Source of the DNA: Eledone cirrhosa
Taxonomy: Eukaryota
DNA length: 64,000 nucleotides
Assembly (NCBI GenBank): GCA_964016885.1
Contig: OZ024740.1
Location: 417,446,001-417,510,000, forward strand
Direction of reading: 5' to 3'
The position numbers and the translations under genes are program-made. The number at the start of each line of letters is the position of its first letter. Within the stretch, counting starts at the first letter, position 1. The notes under the pieces were generated by a model. The model searched no databases and was not told the origin of the DNA. It was given only the letters and a program-made list of their open reading frames with translations. This document shows, piece after piece, positions 1 through 12,935 of the stretch.

Positions 1-196
1 CTCTGATATTACTAGACATGCGGTTAGAATGTCTGAGGAAAGTGTCTCTGAATTGAGAGACCACAGCTCTGATATTACAGACATGTGGGTAGAATGTCTC
101 AGGAAAGAACCTCTGAATTGAGAGACCACAGCTCTGATATTACAGACATGGGGTTAGAATGTCTCAGGAAGGAGTCTCTGAATTGAGAGATCACAG

Positions 197-911
197 CTCT
201 GATATTACAGGCATGAGGCTAGAATGTCTCAGGAAAGAATCTCTGAATTGAGAGACCACAGCTCTGATACTACAGACACGTGGTTAGAATGTCTCAGGAA
301 AGAGTCTCTGAATTGAGAGACAACAGCTCTGATATTACAGACATGTGGTTAGAATGTCTCAGGAAAGAATCTCTGAATTGAGAGATAACAGCTCTGATAC
401 TACAGACATGCGGTTAGAATGTCTCAAGAAAGAGTCTCTCAATTGAGAGACCACAGCTCTGATATTACAGACATGTGGGTAGATTGTCTCAGGAAAGAGT
501 CTCTGAATTGAGAGACCACAGCTCTGATATTACAAACATGTGGTTAGAATGTCTCAGGAAAGAATCTCTGAATTGAGTGATCACAGCTATGATACTACAG
601 ACATGTGGTTAGAATGTCTCAGCAAAGAACCTCTGAATTGAGAGACCACAGCTCTGATATTACAGACATGTGGTTAGAATGTCTCAGGAAAGAATCTTCG
701 AATTGAGAGACCACAGATCTGATATTACAGACATGTGGTTAGAATGTCTCAGGAAAGAATCTCTGAATTGAGAGACCACAGCACTGTAACTACAGACATG
801 TGGTTAGAATGTCTCAGGAAAGAGTCTCTGAATTGAGAAATCCCAACTCTGATGTTACAGACATGTGGTTATAATGTCTCAGGAAAGAGTCTCTGAATTG
901 AGAGACCACAG
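197..911. repeat. First copy of an 11-monomer ordered cassette that recurs across the window
   Basis: The order is GGCATGAGGC, CACGTG..GACAAC, GATAAC, GCGG..CAAG..CAATTG, GGGTAGATT, AAACAT..GAGTGATC, CTATG, CTTCG, CAGATCTG, CACTGTAAC..GAAATC, CAACTCTGATG. It recurs in full or in part near 1890, 4880, 7750, 10620, 14010, 15960, 21370, 23650, 43740, 46545, 49340, 52150 and 62560. Confidence 0.9.
434..451. other. Perfect 18-bp palindrome GTCTCTCAATTGAGAGAC (example; a near-perfect version is present in almost every monomer)
   Basis: The sequence equals its own reverse complement. The usual form RTCTCTGAATTGAGAGAY has a G/G mismatch flanking AATT. Confidence 0.95.
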
Positions 912-1339
912 CTCTGATATTACAGACATGTGGTTAGAATGTCTCAGGAAAGAATCTCTGAATTGAGAGATAACAGCTCTGATATTACAGACATGTGGTT
1001 AGAATGTCTCAGGAAAGAATCTCTGAATTGAGAGATCACAGCTCTGATATTACAGACATGTGGTTATAATGTCTCAGGAAAGAATCTCTGAATTGAGAGA
1101 TCACAGCTCTGATATAACAGACATGTGGCTAGAATGTCTCAGGAAAGAACCTCTGAATTGAGAGACCACAGCTCTGATATTACAGACATGTGGCTAGAAT
1201 GTCTCAAGAAAGAGTCTCTCAATTGAGAGACCACAGCTCTGATATTACAGATATGTGGCTAGAATGTCTCAGGAAAGAGTCTTTGAATTGAGAGACCACA
1301 GCTCTGATATTACAGGCATGTGGCTAGAATGTCTCAGGA

Positions 1340-4300
1340 AAGAATCTCTGAATTGAGAGATCACAGCTCTGATACTACAGACATGTGGTTAGAATGTCTC
1401 AGGAAAGAACCTCTGAATTGAGAGACCTCAGCTCTGATATTACAAACATGTGGTTAGAATGTCTCAGGAAAGAGTCTCTGAATTGAGAGACCACAGCTCT
1501 GATATTACAAAAATGTGGTTAGAATGTCTCAGGAAAGAGTCTCTGAATTGAGAGACCACAGCTCTGAAACTACAGACTTGTGGTTAGAATGTCTCTGTAA
1601 AGAATCTCTGAATTGAGAGATCACAGCTCTGATATTACGGACATGTGGCTAGAATGTCTCAGGAAAGAGTCTCTGAATTGAGAGATCACAGCTCTGATAT
1701 TACTAGACATGCGGTTAGAATGTCTGAGGAAAGTGTCTCTGAATTGAGAGACCACAGCTCTGATATTACAGACATGTGGGTAGAATGTCTCAGGAAAGAA
1801 CCTCTGAATTGAGAGACCACAGCTCTGATATTACAGACATGGGGTTAGAATGTCTCAGGAAGGAGTCTCTGAATTGAGAGATCACAGCTCTGATATTACA
1901 GGCATGAGGCTAGAATGTCTCAGGAAAGAATCTCTGAATTGAGAGACCACAGCTCTGATACTACAGACACGTGGTTAGAATGTCTCAGGAAAGAGTCTCT
2001 GAATTGAGAGACAACAGCTCTGATATTACAGACATGTGGTTAGAATGTCTCAGGAAAGAATCTCTGAATTGAGAGATAACAGCTCTGATACTACAGACAT
2101 GCGGTTAGAATGTCTCAAGAAAGAGTCTCTCAATTGAGAGACCACAGCTCTGATATTACAGACATGTGGGTAGATTGTCTCAGGAAAGAGTCTCTGAATT
2201 GAGAGACCACAGCTCTGATATTACAAACATGTGGTTAGAATGTCTCAGGAAAGAATCTCTGAATTGAGTGATCACAGCTATGATACTACAGACATGTGGT
2301 TAGAATGTCTCAGCAAAGAACCTCTGAATTGAGAGACCACAGCTCTGATATTACAGACATGTGGTTAGAATGTCTCAGGAAAGAATCTTCGAATTGAGAG
2401 ACCACAGATCTGATATTACAGACATGTGGTTAGAATGTCTCAGGAAAGAATCTCTGAATTGAGAGACCACAGCACTGTAACTACAGACATGTGGTTAGAA
2501 TGTCTCAGGAAAGAGTCTCTGAATTGAGAAATCCCAACTCTGATGTTACAGACATGTGGTTATAATGTCTCAGGAAAGAGTCTCTGAATTGAGAGACCAC
2601 AGCTCTGATATTACAGACATGTGGTTAGAATGTCTCAGGAAAGAATCTCTGAATTGAGAGATAACAGCTCTGATATTACAGACATGTGGTTAGAATGTCT
2701 CAGGAAAGAATCTCTGAATTGAGAGATCACAGCTCTGATATTACAGACATGTGGTTAGAATGTCTCAGGAAAGAATCTCTGAATTGAGAGATCACAGCTC
2801 TAATATTACAGACATGTGGCTAGAATGTCTCAGGAAAGAACCTCTGAATTGAGAGACCACAGCTCTGATATTACAGACATGTGGCTAGAATGTCTCAAGA
2901 AAGAGTCTCTCAATTGAGAGACCACAGCTCTGATATTACAGATATGTGGCTAGAATGTCTCAGGAAAGAGTCTTTGAATTGAGAGACCACAGCTCTGATA
3001 TTACAGGCATGTGGCTAGAATGTCTCAGGAAAGAATCTCTGAATTGAGAGATCACAGCTCTGATACTACAGACATGTGGTTAGAATGTCTCAGGAAAGAA
3101 CCTCTGAATTGAGAGACCTCAGCTCTGATATTACAAACATGTGGTTAGAATGTCTCAGGAAAGAGTCTCTGAATTGAGAGACCACAGCTCTGATATTACA
3201 AAAATGTGGTTAGAATGTCTCAGGAAAGAGTCTCTGAATTGAGAGACCACAGCTCTGAAACTACAGACTTGTGGTTAGAATGTCTCTGTAAAGAATCTCT
3301 GAATTGAGAGATCACAGCTCTGATATTACAGGCATGTGGCTAGAATGTCTCAGGAAAGAATCTCTGAATTGAGAGACCACAGCTCTGATACTACAGAAAT
3401 GTGGTTAGAATGTCTCAGGAAAGAGTCTCTGAATTGAGAGACCACAGCTCTGATACTACAGAAATGTGGTTAGAATGTCTCAGGAAAGAATCTCTGAATT
3501 GAGAGATCACAGCTCTGATATTACAGACACGTGGTTAGAATGTCTCAGGAAAGAACCTCTGAATTGAGAGACGACAGCTCTGATATTACAGACATGTGGC
3601 TGGAATGTCTCAGGAAAGAATCTCTGAATTGAGAGAGCACAGCTCTGATATTACTAGACATGTGGTTAGAATGTCTCAGTAAAGAATCTATCTCTGAATT
3701 GAGAGACCACAGCTCTGATACTACAGACATGTGGTTAGAATGTCTCAAGAAAGAGTCTCTCAATTGAGAGACCACAGCTCTGATATTACAGACATGTGGC
3801 TAGAATGTCTCAGGAAAGAGTCTCTGAATTGAGAGATCACAGCTCTGATGTTACAGACATGTGGTTAGAATGTCTCAGGAAAGAATCTCTGAATTGAGAG
3901 ACCACAGCTCTGATATTACAGACATGTGGCTAGAATGTCTCAGGAAAGAGTCTTTGAATTGAGAGTTCACAGCTCTGATATTAGAGACATGTGGGTAGAA
4001 TGTCTCAGGAAAGAACTTCTGAATTGAGAGACCACAGATCTGATATTACAGACATGTGGCTAGAATGTCTCAGGAAAGAGTCTCTGGATTGAGAGATCAC
4101 AGCTCTGATATTACAGACATGTGGTTAGAATGTCTCAGGAAAGAATCTCCGAATTGAGAGACCACAGCTCTGATACTACAGACATGGGGTTAGAATGTCT
4201 CAGGAAAGAATCTCTGAATTGAGAGACCACAGCTCTGATACTACAGACATTGGGTTAGAATGTCTCAGGAAAGAGTCTCTGAATTGAGAGATCACAGCTC

Positions 4301-7300
4301 TGATATTACAGACATGTGGTTAGAATGTCTCAGGAAATAGTCTCTGAATTGAGAGACCACAGCTCTGATATTACAGACATGTGGTTAGAATGTCTCAGGA
4401 AAGAATCTCTGAATTGAGAGATCACAGCTCTGATATTAAAGACATGTGGTTAGAACGTCTCATGAAAAAGTCTCTCAATTGAGAGACCACAGCTCTGATA
4501 TTAAAGATATGTGGTTAGAATGTCTCAGGAAAGAATCTCTGAATTGAGAGATCACAGCTCTGATACTACAGACATGTGGTTAGAATGTCTCAGGAAAGAA
4601 CCTCTGAATTGAGAGACCACAGCTCTGATACTACAGACATGTGGCTAGAATGTCTCAGGAAAGAGTCTCTGAATTGAGAGACCACAGCTCTGATATTACA
4701 GACATGTGGTTAGAATGTCTCAGGAAAGAGTCTCTGAATTGAGAGATCACAGCTCTGATATTACAGACATGTGGTTAGAATGTCTCAGGAAAGAACCTCT
4801 GATTTGAAAGACCACAGCTCTGATATTACAGACATGTGGCTAGAATGTCTCAGGAAGGAGTCTCTGAATTGAGAGATCACAGCTCTGATATTACAGGTAT
4901 GAGGCTAGAATGTCTCAGGAAAGAATCTCTGAATTGAGAGACCACAGCTCTGATACTACATACACGTGGTTAGAATGTCTCAGGAAAGAGTCTCTGAATT
5001 GAGACAACAGCTCTGATATTACAGAAATGTGGTTAGAATGTCTCAGGAAAGAATCTCTGAATTGAGAGATAACAGCTCTGATACTACAGACATGCGGTTA
5101 GAATGTCTCAAGAAAGAGTCTCTGAATTGAGAGACCACAGCTCTGATATTACAGACATGTGGGTAGATTGTCTCAGGAAAGAGTCTCTGAATTGAGAGAC
5201 CACAGCTCTGATATTACAAACATGTGGTTAGAATGTCTCAGGAAAGAATCTCTGAATTGAGTGATCACAGCTATGATACTACAGACACGTGGTTAGAATG
5301 TCTCAGAAAGAACCTCTGAATTGAGAGACCACAGCTCTGATATTACAGACATGTGGTTAGAATGTCTCAGGAAAGAATCTTCGAATTGAGAGACCACAGA
5401 TCTGATATTACAGACATGTGGTTAGAATGTCTCAGGAAAGAATCTCTGAATTGAGAGACCACAGCACTGTAACTACAGACATGTGGTTAGAATGTCTCAG
5501 GAAAGAGTCTCTGAATTGAGAAATCACAACTCTGATGTTACAGACATGTGGTTAGAATGTCTCAGGAAAGAGTCTCTGAATTGAGAGACCACAGCTCTGA
5601 TATTACAGACATGTGGATAGAATGTCTCAGGAAAGAATCTCTGAATTGAGAGACCACAGCTCTGATACTACAGGCATGTGGTTAGAATGTCTCAGGAAAG
5701 AATCTCTGAATTGAGAGATCACAGCTCTGATACTACAGACATGTGGTTAGAATGTCTCAGGAAAGAACCTCTGAATTGAGAGACCTCAGCTCTGATATTA
5801 CAAACATGTGGTTAGAATGTCTCAGGAAAGAGTCTCTGAATTGAGAGACCACAGCTCTGATATTACAAACATGTGGTTAGAATGTCTCAGGAAAGAGTCT
5901 CTGAATTGAGAGACCACAGCTCTGATACTACAGACTTGTGGTTAGAATGTCTCTGGAAAGAATCTCTGAATTGAGAGATCACAGCTCTGATATTACAGGC
6001 ATGTGACTAGAATGTCTCAGGAAAGAATCTCTGAATTGAGAGACCACAGCTCTGATACTACAGATATGTGGTTAGAATGTCTCAGGAAAGAGTCTCTGAA
6101 TTGAGAGACCACAGCTCTGAAACTACAGGCATGTGGTTAGAATGTCTCAGGAAAGAATCTCTGAATTGAGAGATCACAGCTGTGATATTACAGACACGTG
6201 GTTAGAATGTCTCAGGAAAGAACCTCTGAATTGAGAGACGACAGCTCTGATATTACAGACATGTGGCTGGAATGTCTCAGGAAAGAATCTCTGAATTGAG
6301 AGACGACAGCTCTGATATTACTAGACATGTGGTTAGAATGTCTCAGTAAAGAATCTATCTCTGAATTGAGAGACCACAGCTCTGATACTACAGACATGTG
6401 GTTAGAATGTCTCAAGAAAGAGTCTCTCAATTGAGAGACCACAGCTCTGATATTACAGACATGTGGTTAGAATGTCTCAGGAAAGAATCTCTGAATTGAG
6501 AGACCACAGCTCTGATATTACAGACATGTGGTTAGAATGTCTCAGGAAAGAGTCTCTGAATTGAGAGATCACAGCTCTGATATTACGAGACATGTGGTTT
6601 GAATGTCTCAGGAAAAAGTCTCTCAATTGAGAGACCACAGCTCTGATATTACAGACATGTGGTTAGAATGTCTCACGAAAGAACCTCTGAATTGAGAGAC
6701 CACAGCTCTGATACTACAGACATGTGGCTAGAATGTCTCAGGAAAGAGTCTCTGAATTGAGAGACCACAGCTCTGATATTACAGACATGTGGTTAGAATG
6801 TCTCAGAAAAGAGTCTCTGAATTGAGAGATCACAGCTCTGATATTACAGACATCTGGTTAGAATGTCTCAGGAAAGAATCTCTGAATTGAGAGATAACAG
6901 CTCTGATATTACAGACATGTGGTTAGAATGTCTCAGGAAAGAATCTCTGAATTGAGAGATCACAGCTCTGATATTACAGACATGTGGTTAGAATGTCTCA
7001 GGAAAGAGTCTCTGAATTGAGAGATCACAGCTCTGATATTACAGACATGTGGCTAGAATGTCTCAGGAAAAAGTCTTTGAGGTGAGAGATCACAGCTCTG
7101 ATATTACTAGACATGTGGTTAGAATGTCTCAGTAAAGAATCTATCTCTGAATTGAGAGACCACAGCTCTGAAACTACAGACTTGTGGTTAGAATGTCTCA
7201 GGAAAGAATCTCTGAATTGAGAGATCACAGCTCTGATACTACAGACATGTGGTTAGAATGTCTCAGGAAAGAACCTCTGAATTGAGAGACCTCAGCTCTG

Positions 7301-10300
7301 ATATTACAAACATGTGGTTAGAATGTCTCAGGAAAGAGTCTCTGAATTGAGAGACCACAGCTCTGATATTACAAAAATGTGGTTAGAATGTCTCAGGAAA
7401 GAGTCTCTGAATTGAGAGACCACAGCTCTGAAACTACAGACTTGTGGTTAGAATGTCTCTGTAAAGAATCTCTGAATTGAGAGATCACAGCTCTGATATT
7501 ACGGACATGTGGCTAGAATGTCTCAGGAAAGAGTCTCTGAATTGAGAGATCACAGCTCTGATATTACTAGACATGCGGTTAGAATGTCTGAGGAAAGTGT
7601 CTCTGAATTGAGAGACCACAGCTCTGATATTACAGACATGTGGGTAGAATGTCTCAGGAAAGAACCTCTGAATTGAGAGACCACAGCTCTGATATTACAG
7701 ACATGGGGTTAGAATGTCTCAGGAAGGAGTCTCTGAATTGAGAGATCACAGCTCTGATATTACAGGCATGAGGCTAGAATGTCTCAGGAAAGAATCTCTG
7801 AATTGAGAGACCACAGCTCTGATACTACAGACACGTGGTCAGAATGTCTCAGGAAAGAGTCTCTGAATTGAGAGACAACAGCTCTGATATTACAGACATG
7901 TGGTTAGAATGTCTCAGGAAAGAATCTCTGAATTGAGAGATAACAGCTCTGATACTACAGACATGCGGTTAGAATGTCTCAAGAAAGAGTCTCTCAATTG
8001 AGAGACCACAGCTCTGATATTACAGACATGTGGGTAGATTGTCTCAGGAAAGAGTCTCTGAATTGAGAGACCACAGCTCTGATATTACAAACATGTGGTT
8101 AGAATGTCTCAGGAAAGAATCTCTGAATTGAGTGATCACAGCTATGATACTACAGACATGTGGTTAGAATGTCTCAGCAAAGAACCTCTGAATTGAGAGA
8201 CCACAGCACTGTAACTACAGACATGTGGTTAGAATGTCTCAGGAAAGAGTCTCTGAATTGAGAAATCCCAACTCTGATGTTACAGACATGTGGTTATAAT
8301 GTCTCAGGAAAGAGTCTCTGAATTGAGAGACCACAGCTCTGATATTACAGACATGTGGTTAGAATGTCTCAGGAAAGAATCTCTGAATTGAGAGATAACA
8401 GCTCTGATATTACAGACATGTGGTTAGAATGTCTCAGGAAAGAATCTCTGAATTGAGAGATCACAGCTCTGATATTACAGACATGTGGTTAGAATGTCTC
8501 AGGAAAGAATCTCTGAATTGAGAGATCACAGCTCTGATATTACAGACATGTGGCTAGAATGTCTCAGGAAAGAACCTCTGAATTGAGAGACCACAGCTCT
8601 GATATTACAGACATGTGGCTAGAATGTCTCAAGAAAGAGTCTCTCAATTGAGAGACCACAGCTCTGATATTACAGATATGTGGCTAGAATGTCTCAGGAA
8701 AGAGTCTTTGAATTGAGAGACCACAGCTCTGATATTACAGGCATGTGGCTAGAATGTCTCAGGAAAGAATCTCTGAATTGAGAGATCACAGCTCTGATAC
8801 TACAGACATGTGGTTAGAATGTCTCAGGAAAGAACCTCTGAATTGAGAGACCTCAGCTCTGATATTACAAACATGTGGTTAGAATGTCTCAGGAAAGAGT
8901 CTCTGAATTGAGAGACCACAGCTCTGATATTACAAAAATGTGGTTAGAATGTCTCAGGAAAGAGTCTCTGAATTGAGAGACCACAGCTCTGAAACTACAG
9001 ACTTGTGGTTAGAATGTCTCTGTAAAGAATCTCTGAATTGAGAGATCACAGCTCTGATATTACAGGCATGTGACTAGAATGTCTCAGGAAAGAATCTCTG
9101 AATTGAGAGACCACAGCTCTGATACTACAGAAATGTGGTTAGAATGTCTCAGGAAAGAGTCTCTGAATTGAGAGACCACAGCTCTGATACTACAGAAATG
9201 TGGTTAGAATGTCTCAGGAAAGAATCTCTGAATTGAGAGATCACAGCTCTGATATTACAGACACGTGGTTAGAATGTCTCAGGAAAGAACCTCTGAATTG
9301 AGAGACGACAGCTCTGATATTACAGACATGTGGCTGGAATGTCTCAGGAAAGAATCTCTGAATTGAGAGAGCACAGCTCTGATATTACTAGACATGTGGT
9401 TAGAATGTCTCAGTAAAGAATCTATCTCTGAATTGAGAGACCACAGCTCTGATACTACAGACATGTGGTTAGAATGTCTCAAGAAAGAGTCTCTCAATTG
9501 AGAGACCACAGCTCTGATATTACAGACATGTGGCTAGAATGTCTCAGGAAAGAGTCTCTGAATTGAGAGATCACAGCTCTGATGTTACAGACATGTGGTT
9601 AGAATGTCTCAGGAAAGAATCTCTGAATTGAGAGACCACAGCTCTGATATTACAGACATGTGGCTAGAATGTCTCAGGAAAGAGTCTTTGAATTGAGAGT
9701 TCACAGCTCTGATATTAGAGACATGTGGGTAGAATGTCTCAGGAAAGAACTTCTGAATTGAGAGACCACAGATCTGATATTACAGACATGTGGCTAGAAT
9801 GTCTCAGGAAAGAGTCTCTGGATTGAGAGATCACAGCTCTGATATTACAGACATGTGGTTAGAATGTCTCAGGAAAGAATCTCCGAATTGAGAGACCACA
9901 GCTCTGATACTACAGACATGGGGTTAGAATGTCTCAGGAAAGAATCTCTGAATTGAGAGACCACAGCTCTGATACTACAGACATTGGGTTAGAATGTCTC
10001 AGGAAAGAGTCTCTGAATTGAGAGATCACAGCTCTGATATTACAGACATGTGGTTAGAATGTCTCAGGAAATAGTCTCTGAATTGAGAGACCACAGCTCT
10101 GATATTACAGACATGTGGTTAGAATGTCTCAGGAAAGAATCTCTGAATTGAGAGATCACAGCTCTGATATTAAAGACATGTGGTTAGAACGTCTCATGAA
10201 AAAGTCTCTCAATTGAGAGACCACAGCTCTGATATTAAAGATATGTGGTTAGAATGTCTCAGGAAAGAATCTCTGAATTGAGAGATCACAGCTCTGATAC

Positions 10301-12935
10301 TACAGACATGTGGTTAGAATGTCTCAGGAAAGAACCTCTGAATTGAGAGACCACAGCTCTGATACTACAGACATGTGGCTAGAATGTCTCAGGAAAGAGT
10401 CTCTGAATTGAGAGACCACAGCTCTGATATTACAGACATGTGGTTAGAATGTCTCAGGAAAGAGTCTCTGAATTGAGAGATCACAGCTCTGATATTACAG
10501 ACATGTGGTTAGAATGTCTCAGGAAAGAACCTCTGATTTGAAAGACCACAGCTCTGATATTACAGACATGTGGCTAGAATGTCTCAGGAAGGAGTCTCTG
10601 AATTGAGAGATCACAGCTCTGATATTACAGGCATGAGGCTAGAATGTCTCAGGAAAGAATCTCTGAATTGAGAGACCACAGCTCTGATACTACATACACG
10701 TGGTTAGAATGTCTCAGGAAAGAGTCTCTGAATTGAGACAACAGCTCTGATATTACAGAAATGTGGTTAGAATGTCTCAGGAAAGAATCTCTGAATTGAG
10801 AGATAACAGCTCTGATACTACAGACATGCGGTTAGAATGTCTCAAGAAAGAGTCTCTGAATTGAGAGACCATAGCTCTGATATTACAGACATGTGGGTAG
10901 ATTGTCTCAGGAAAGAGTCTCTGAATTGAGAGACCACAGCTCTGATATTACAAACATGTGGTTAGAATGTCTCAGGAAAGAATCTCTGAATTGAGTGATC
11001 ACAGCTATGATACTACAGACACGTGGTTAGAATGTCTCAGAAAGAACCTCTGAATTGAGAGACCACAGCTCTGATATTACAGACATGTGGTTAGAATGTC
11101 TCAGGAAAGAATCTTCGAATTGAGAGACCACAGATCTGATATTACAGACATGTGGTTAGAATGTCTCAGGAAAGAATCTCTGAATTGAGAGACCACAGCA
11201 CTGTAACTACAGACATGTGGTTAGAATGTCTCAGGAAAGAGTCTCTGAATTGAGAAATCACAACTCTGATGTTACAGACATGTGGTTAGAATGTCTCAGG
11301 AAAGAGTCTCTGAATTGAGAGACCACAGCTCTGATATTACAGACATGTGGATGAGAATGTCTCAGGAAAGAATCTCTGAATTGAGAGACCACAGCTCTGA
11401 TACTACAGGCATGTGGTTAGAATGTCTCAGGAAAGAATCTCTGAATTGAGAGATCACAGCTCTGATACTACAGACATGTGGTTAGAATGTCTCAGGAAAG
11501 AACCTCTGAATTGAGAGACCTCAGCTCTGATATTACAAACATGTGGTTAGAATGTCTCAGGAAAGAGTCTCTGAATTGAGAGACCACAGCTCTGATATTA
11601 CAAACATGTGGTTAGAATGTCTCAGGAAAGAGTCTCTGAATTGAGAGACCACAGCTCTGATACTACAGACTTGTGGTTAGAATGTCTCTGGAAAGAATCT
11701 CTGAATTGAGAGATCACAGCTCTGATATTACAGGCATGTGACTAGAATGTCTCAGGAAAGAATCTCTGAATTGAGAGACCACAGCTCTGATACTACAGAT
11801 ATGTGGTTAGAATGTCTCAGGAAAGAGTCTCTGAATTGAGAGACCACAGCTCTGAAACTACAGGCATGTGGTTAGAATGTCTCAGGAAAGAATCTCTGAA
11901 TTGAGAGATCACAGCTGTGATATTACAGACACGTGGTTAGAATGTCTCAGGAAAGAACCTCTGAATTGAGAGACGACAGCTCTGATATTACAGACATGTG
12001 GCTGGAATGTCTCAGGAAAGAATCTCTGAATTGAGAGACGACAGCTCTGATATTACTAGACATGTGGTTAGAATGTCTCAGTAAAGAATCTATCTCTGAA
12101 TTGAGAGACCACAGCTCTGATACTACAGACATGTGGTTAGAATGTCTCAAGAAAGAGTCTCTCAATTGAGAGACCACAGCTCTGATATTACAGACATGTG
12201 GTTACAATGTCTCAGGAAAGAATCTCTGAATTGAGAGACCACAGCTCTGATATTACAGACATGTGGTTAGAATGTCTCAGGAAAGAGTCTCTGAATTAAG
12301 AGATCACAGCTCTGATATTACGAGACATGTGGTTTGAATGTCTCAGGAAAAAGTCTCTCAATTGAGAGACCACAGCTCTGATATTACAGACATGTGGTTA
12401 GAATGTCTCACGAAAGAACCTCTGAATTGAGAGACCACAGCTCTGATACTACAGACATGTGGCTAGAATGTCTCAGGAAAGAGTCTCTGAATTGAGAGAC
12501 CACAGCTCTGATATTACAGACATGTGGTTAGAATGTCTCAGAAAAGAGTCTCTGAATTGAGAGATCACAGCTCTGATATTACAGACATCTGGTTAGAATG
12601 TCTCAGGAAAGAATCTCTGAATTGAGAGATAACAGCTCTGATATTACAGACATGTGGTTAGAATGTCTCAGGAAAGAATCTCTGAATTGAGAGATCACAG
12701 CTCTGATATTACAGACATGTGGTTAGAATGTCTCAGGAAAGAGTCTCTGAATTGAGAGATCACAGCTCTGATATTACAGACATGTGGCTAGAATGTCTCA
12801 GGAAAAAGTCTTTGAGGTGAGAGATCACAGCTCTGATATTACTAGACATGTGGTTAGAATGTCTCAGTAAAGAATCTATCTCTGAATTGAGAGACCACAG
12901 CTCTGAAACTACAGACTTGTGGTTAGAATGTCTCT
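1340..12935. repeat. Large tandem duplication (about 5.86 kb and 5.73 kb copies; 90 vs 88 monomers)
   Basis: Marker 1692 maps to 7556 (+5864). ORF markers 3545/9279 (+5734), 6212/11947 and 7025/12760 (+5735). The 130-bp difference is two monomers (CTTCG and CAGATCTG types) missing near 8200 in copy 2. Confidence 0.9.
3643..3712. repeat. 70-bp monomer variant (+1 T and +4 ATCT duplication), at least 24 copies in the window
   Basis: The sequence reads TATTACTAGAC...CTCAGTAAAGAATCTATCTCTG. It underlies 24 of the 25 ORFs in the track (those reading SEIDSLL or SQIDSLL). Confidence 0.93.

Larger units (their letters stand above)
1..3329. repeat. Tandem duplication of a 26-monomer unit (1691 bp)
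   Basis: CTCTGATATTACTAGACATGCGG...GTCTGAGGAAAGTG starts at both 1 and 1692. The ordered rare variants (CAGCAAAG, CTTCG, ATCCCAAC, TTATAATG, CTCTGTAAAG) recur at +1691 = 26x65+1. Confidence 0.93.

Noticed and set aside
79-100. p53 response-element resemblance (AGACATGT, AGGCATGT, AAACATGT, AGACTTGT)
   Set aside because: Only RRRCWWGY matches; the 3' pyrimidines fail (TGG) and the second half-site lacks the core C (AATG).
151-157. Telomere-like GGTTAG/GGGTTAG in each monomer
   Set aside because: It is a single hexamer, never tandem, and lies in one of the most variable parts of the monomer.
11345-11360. Extra G in GGATGAGAATG relative to its paralogue GGATAGAATG near 5615
   Set aside because: A singleton indel that cannot be distinguished from a sequencing or consensus error without reads.
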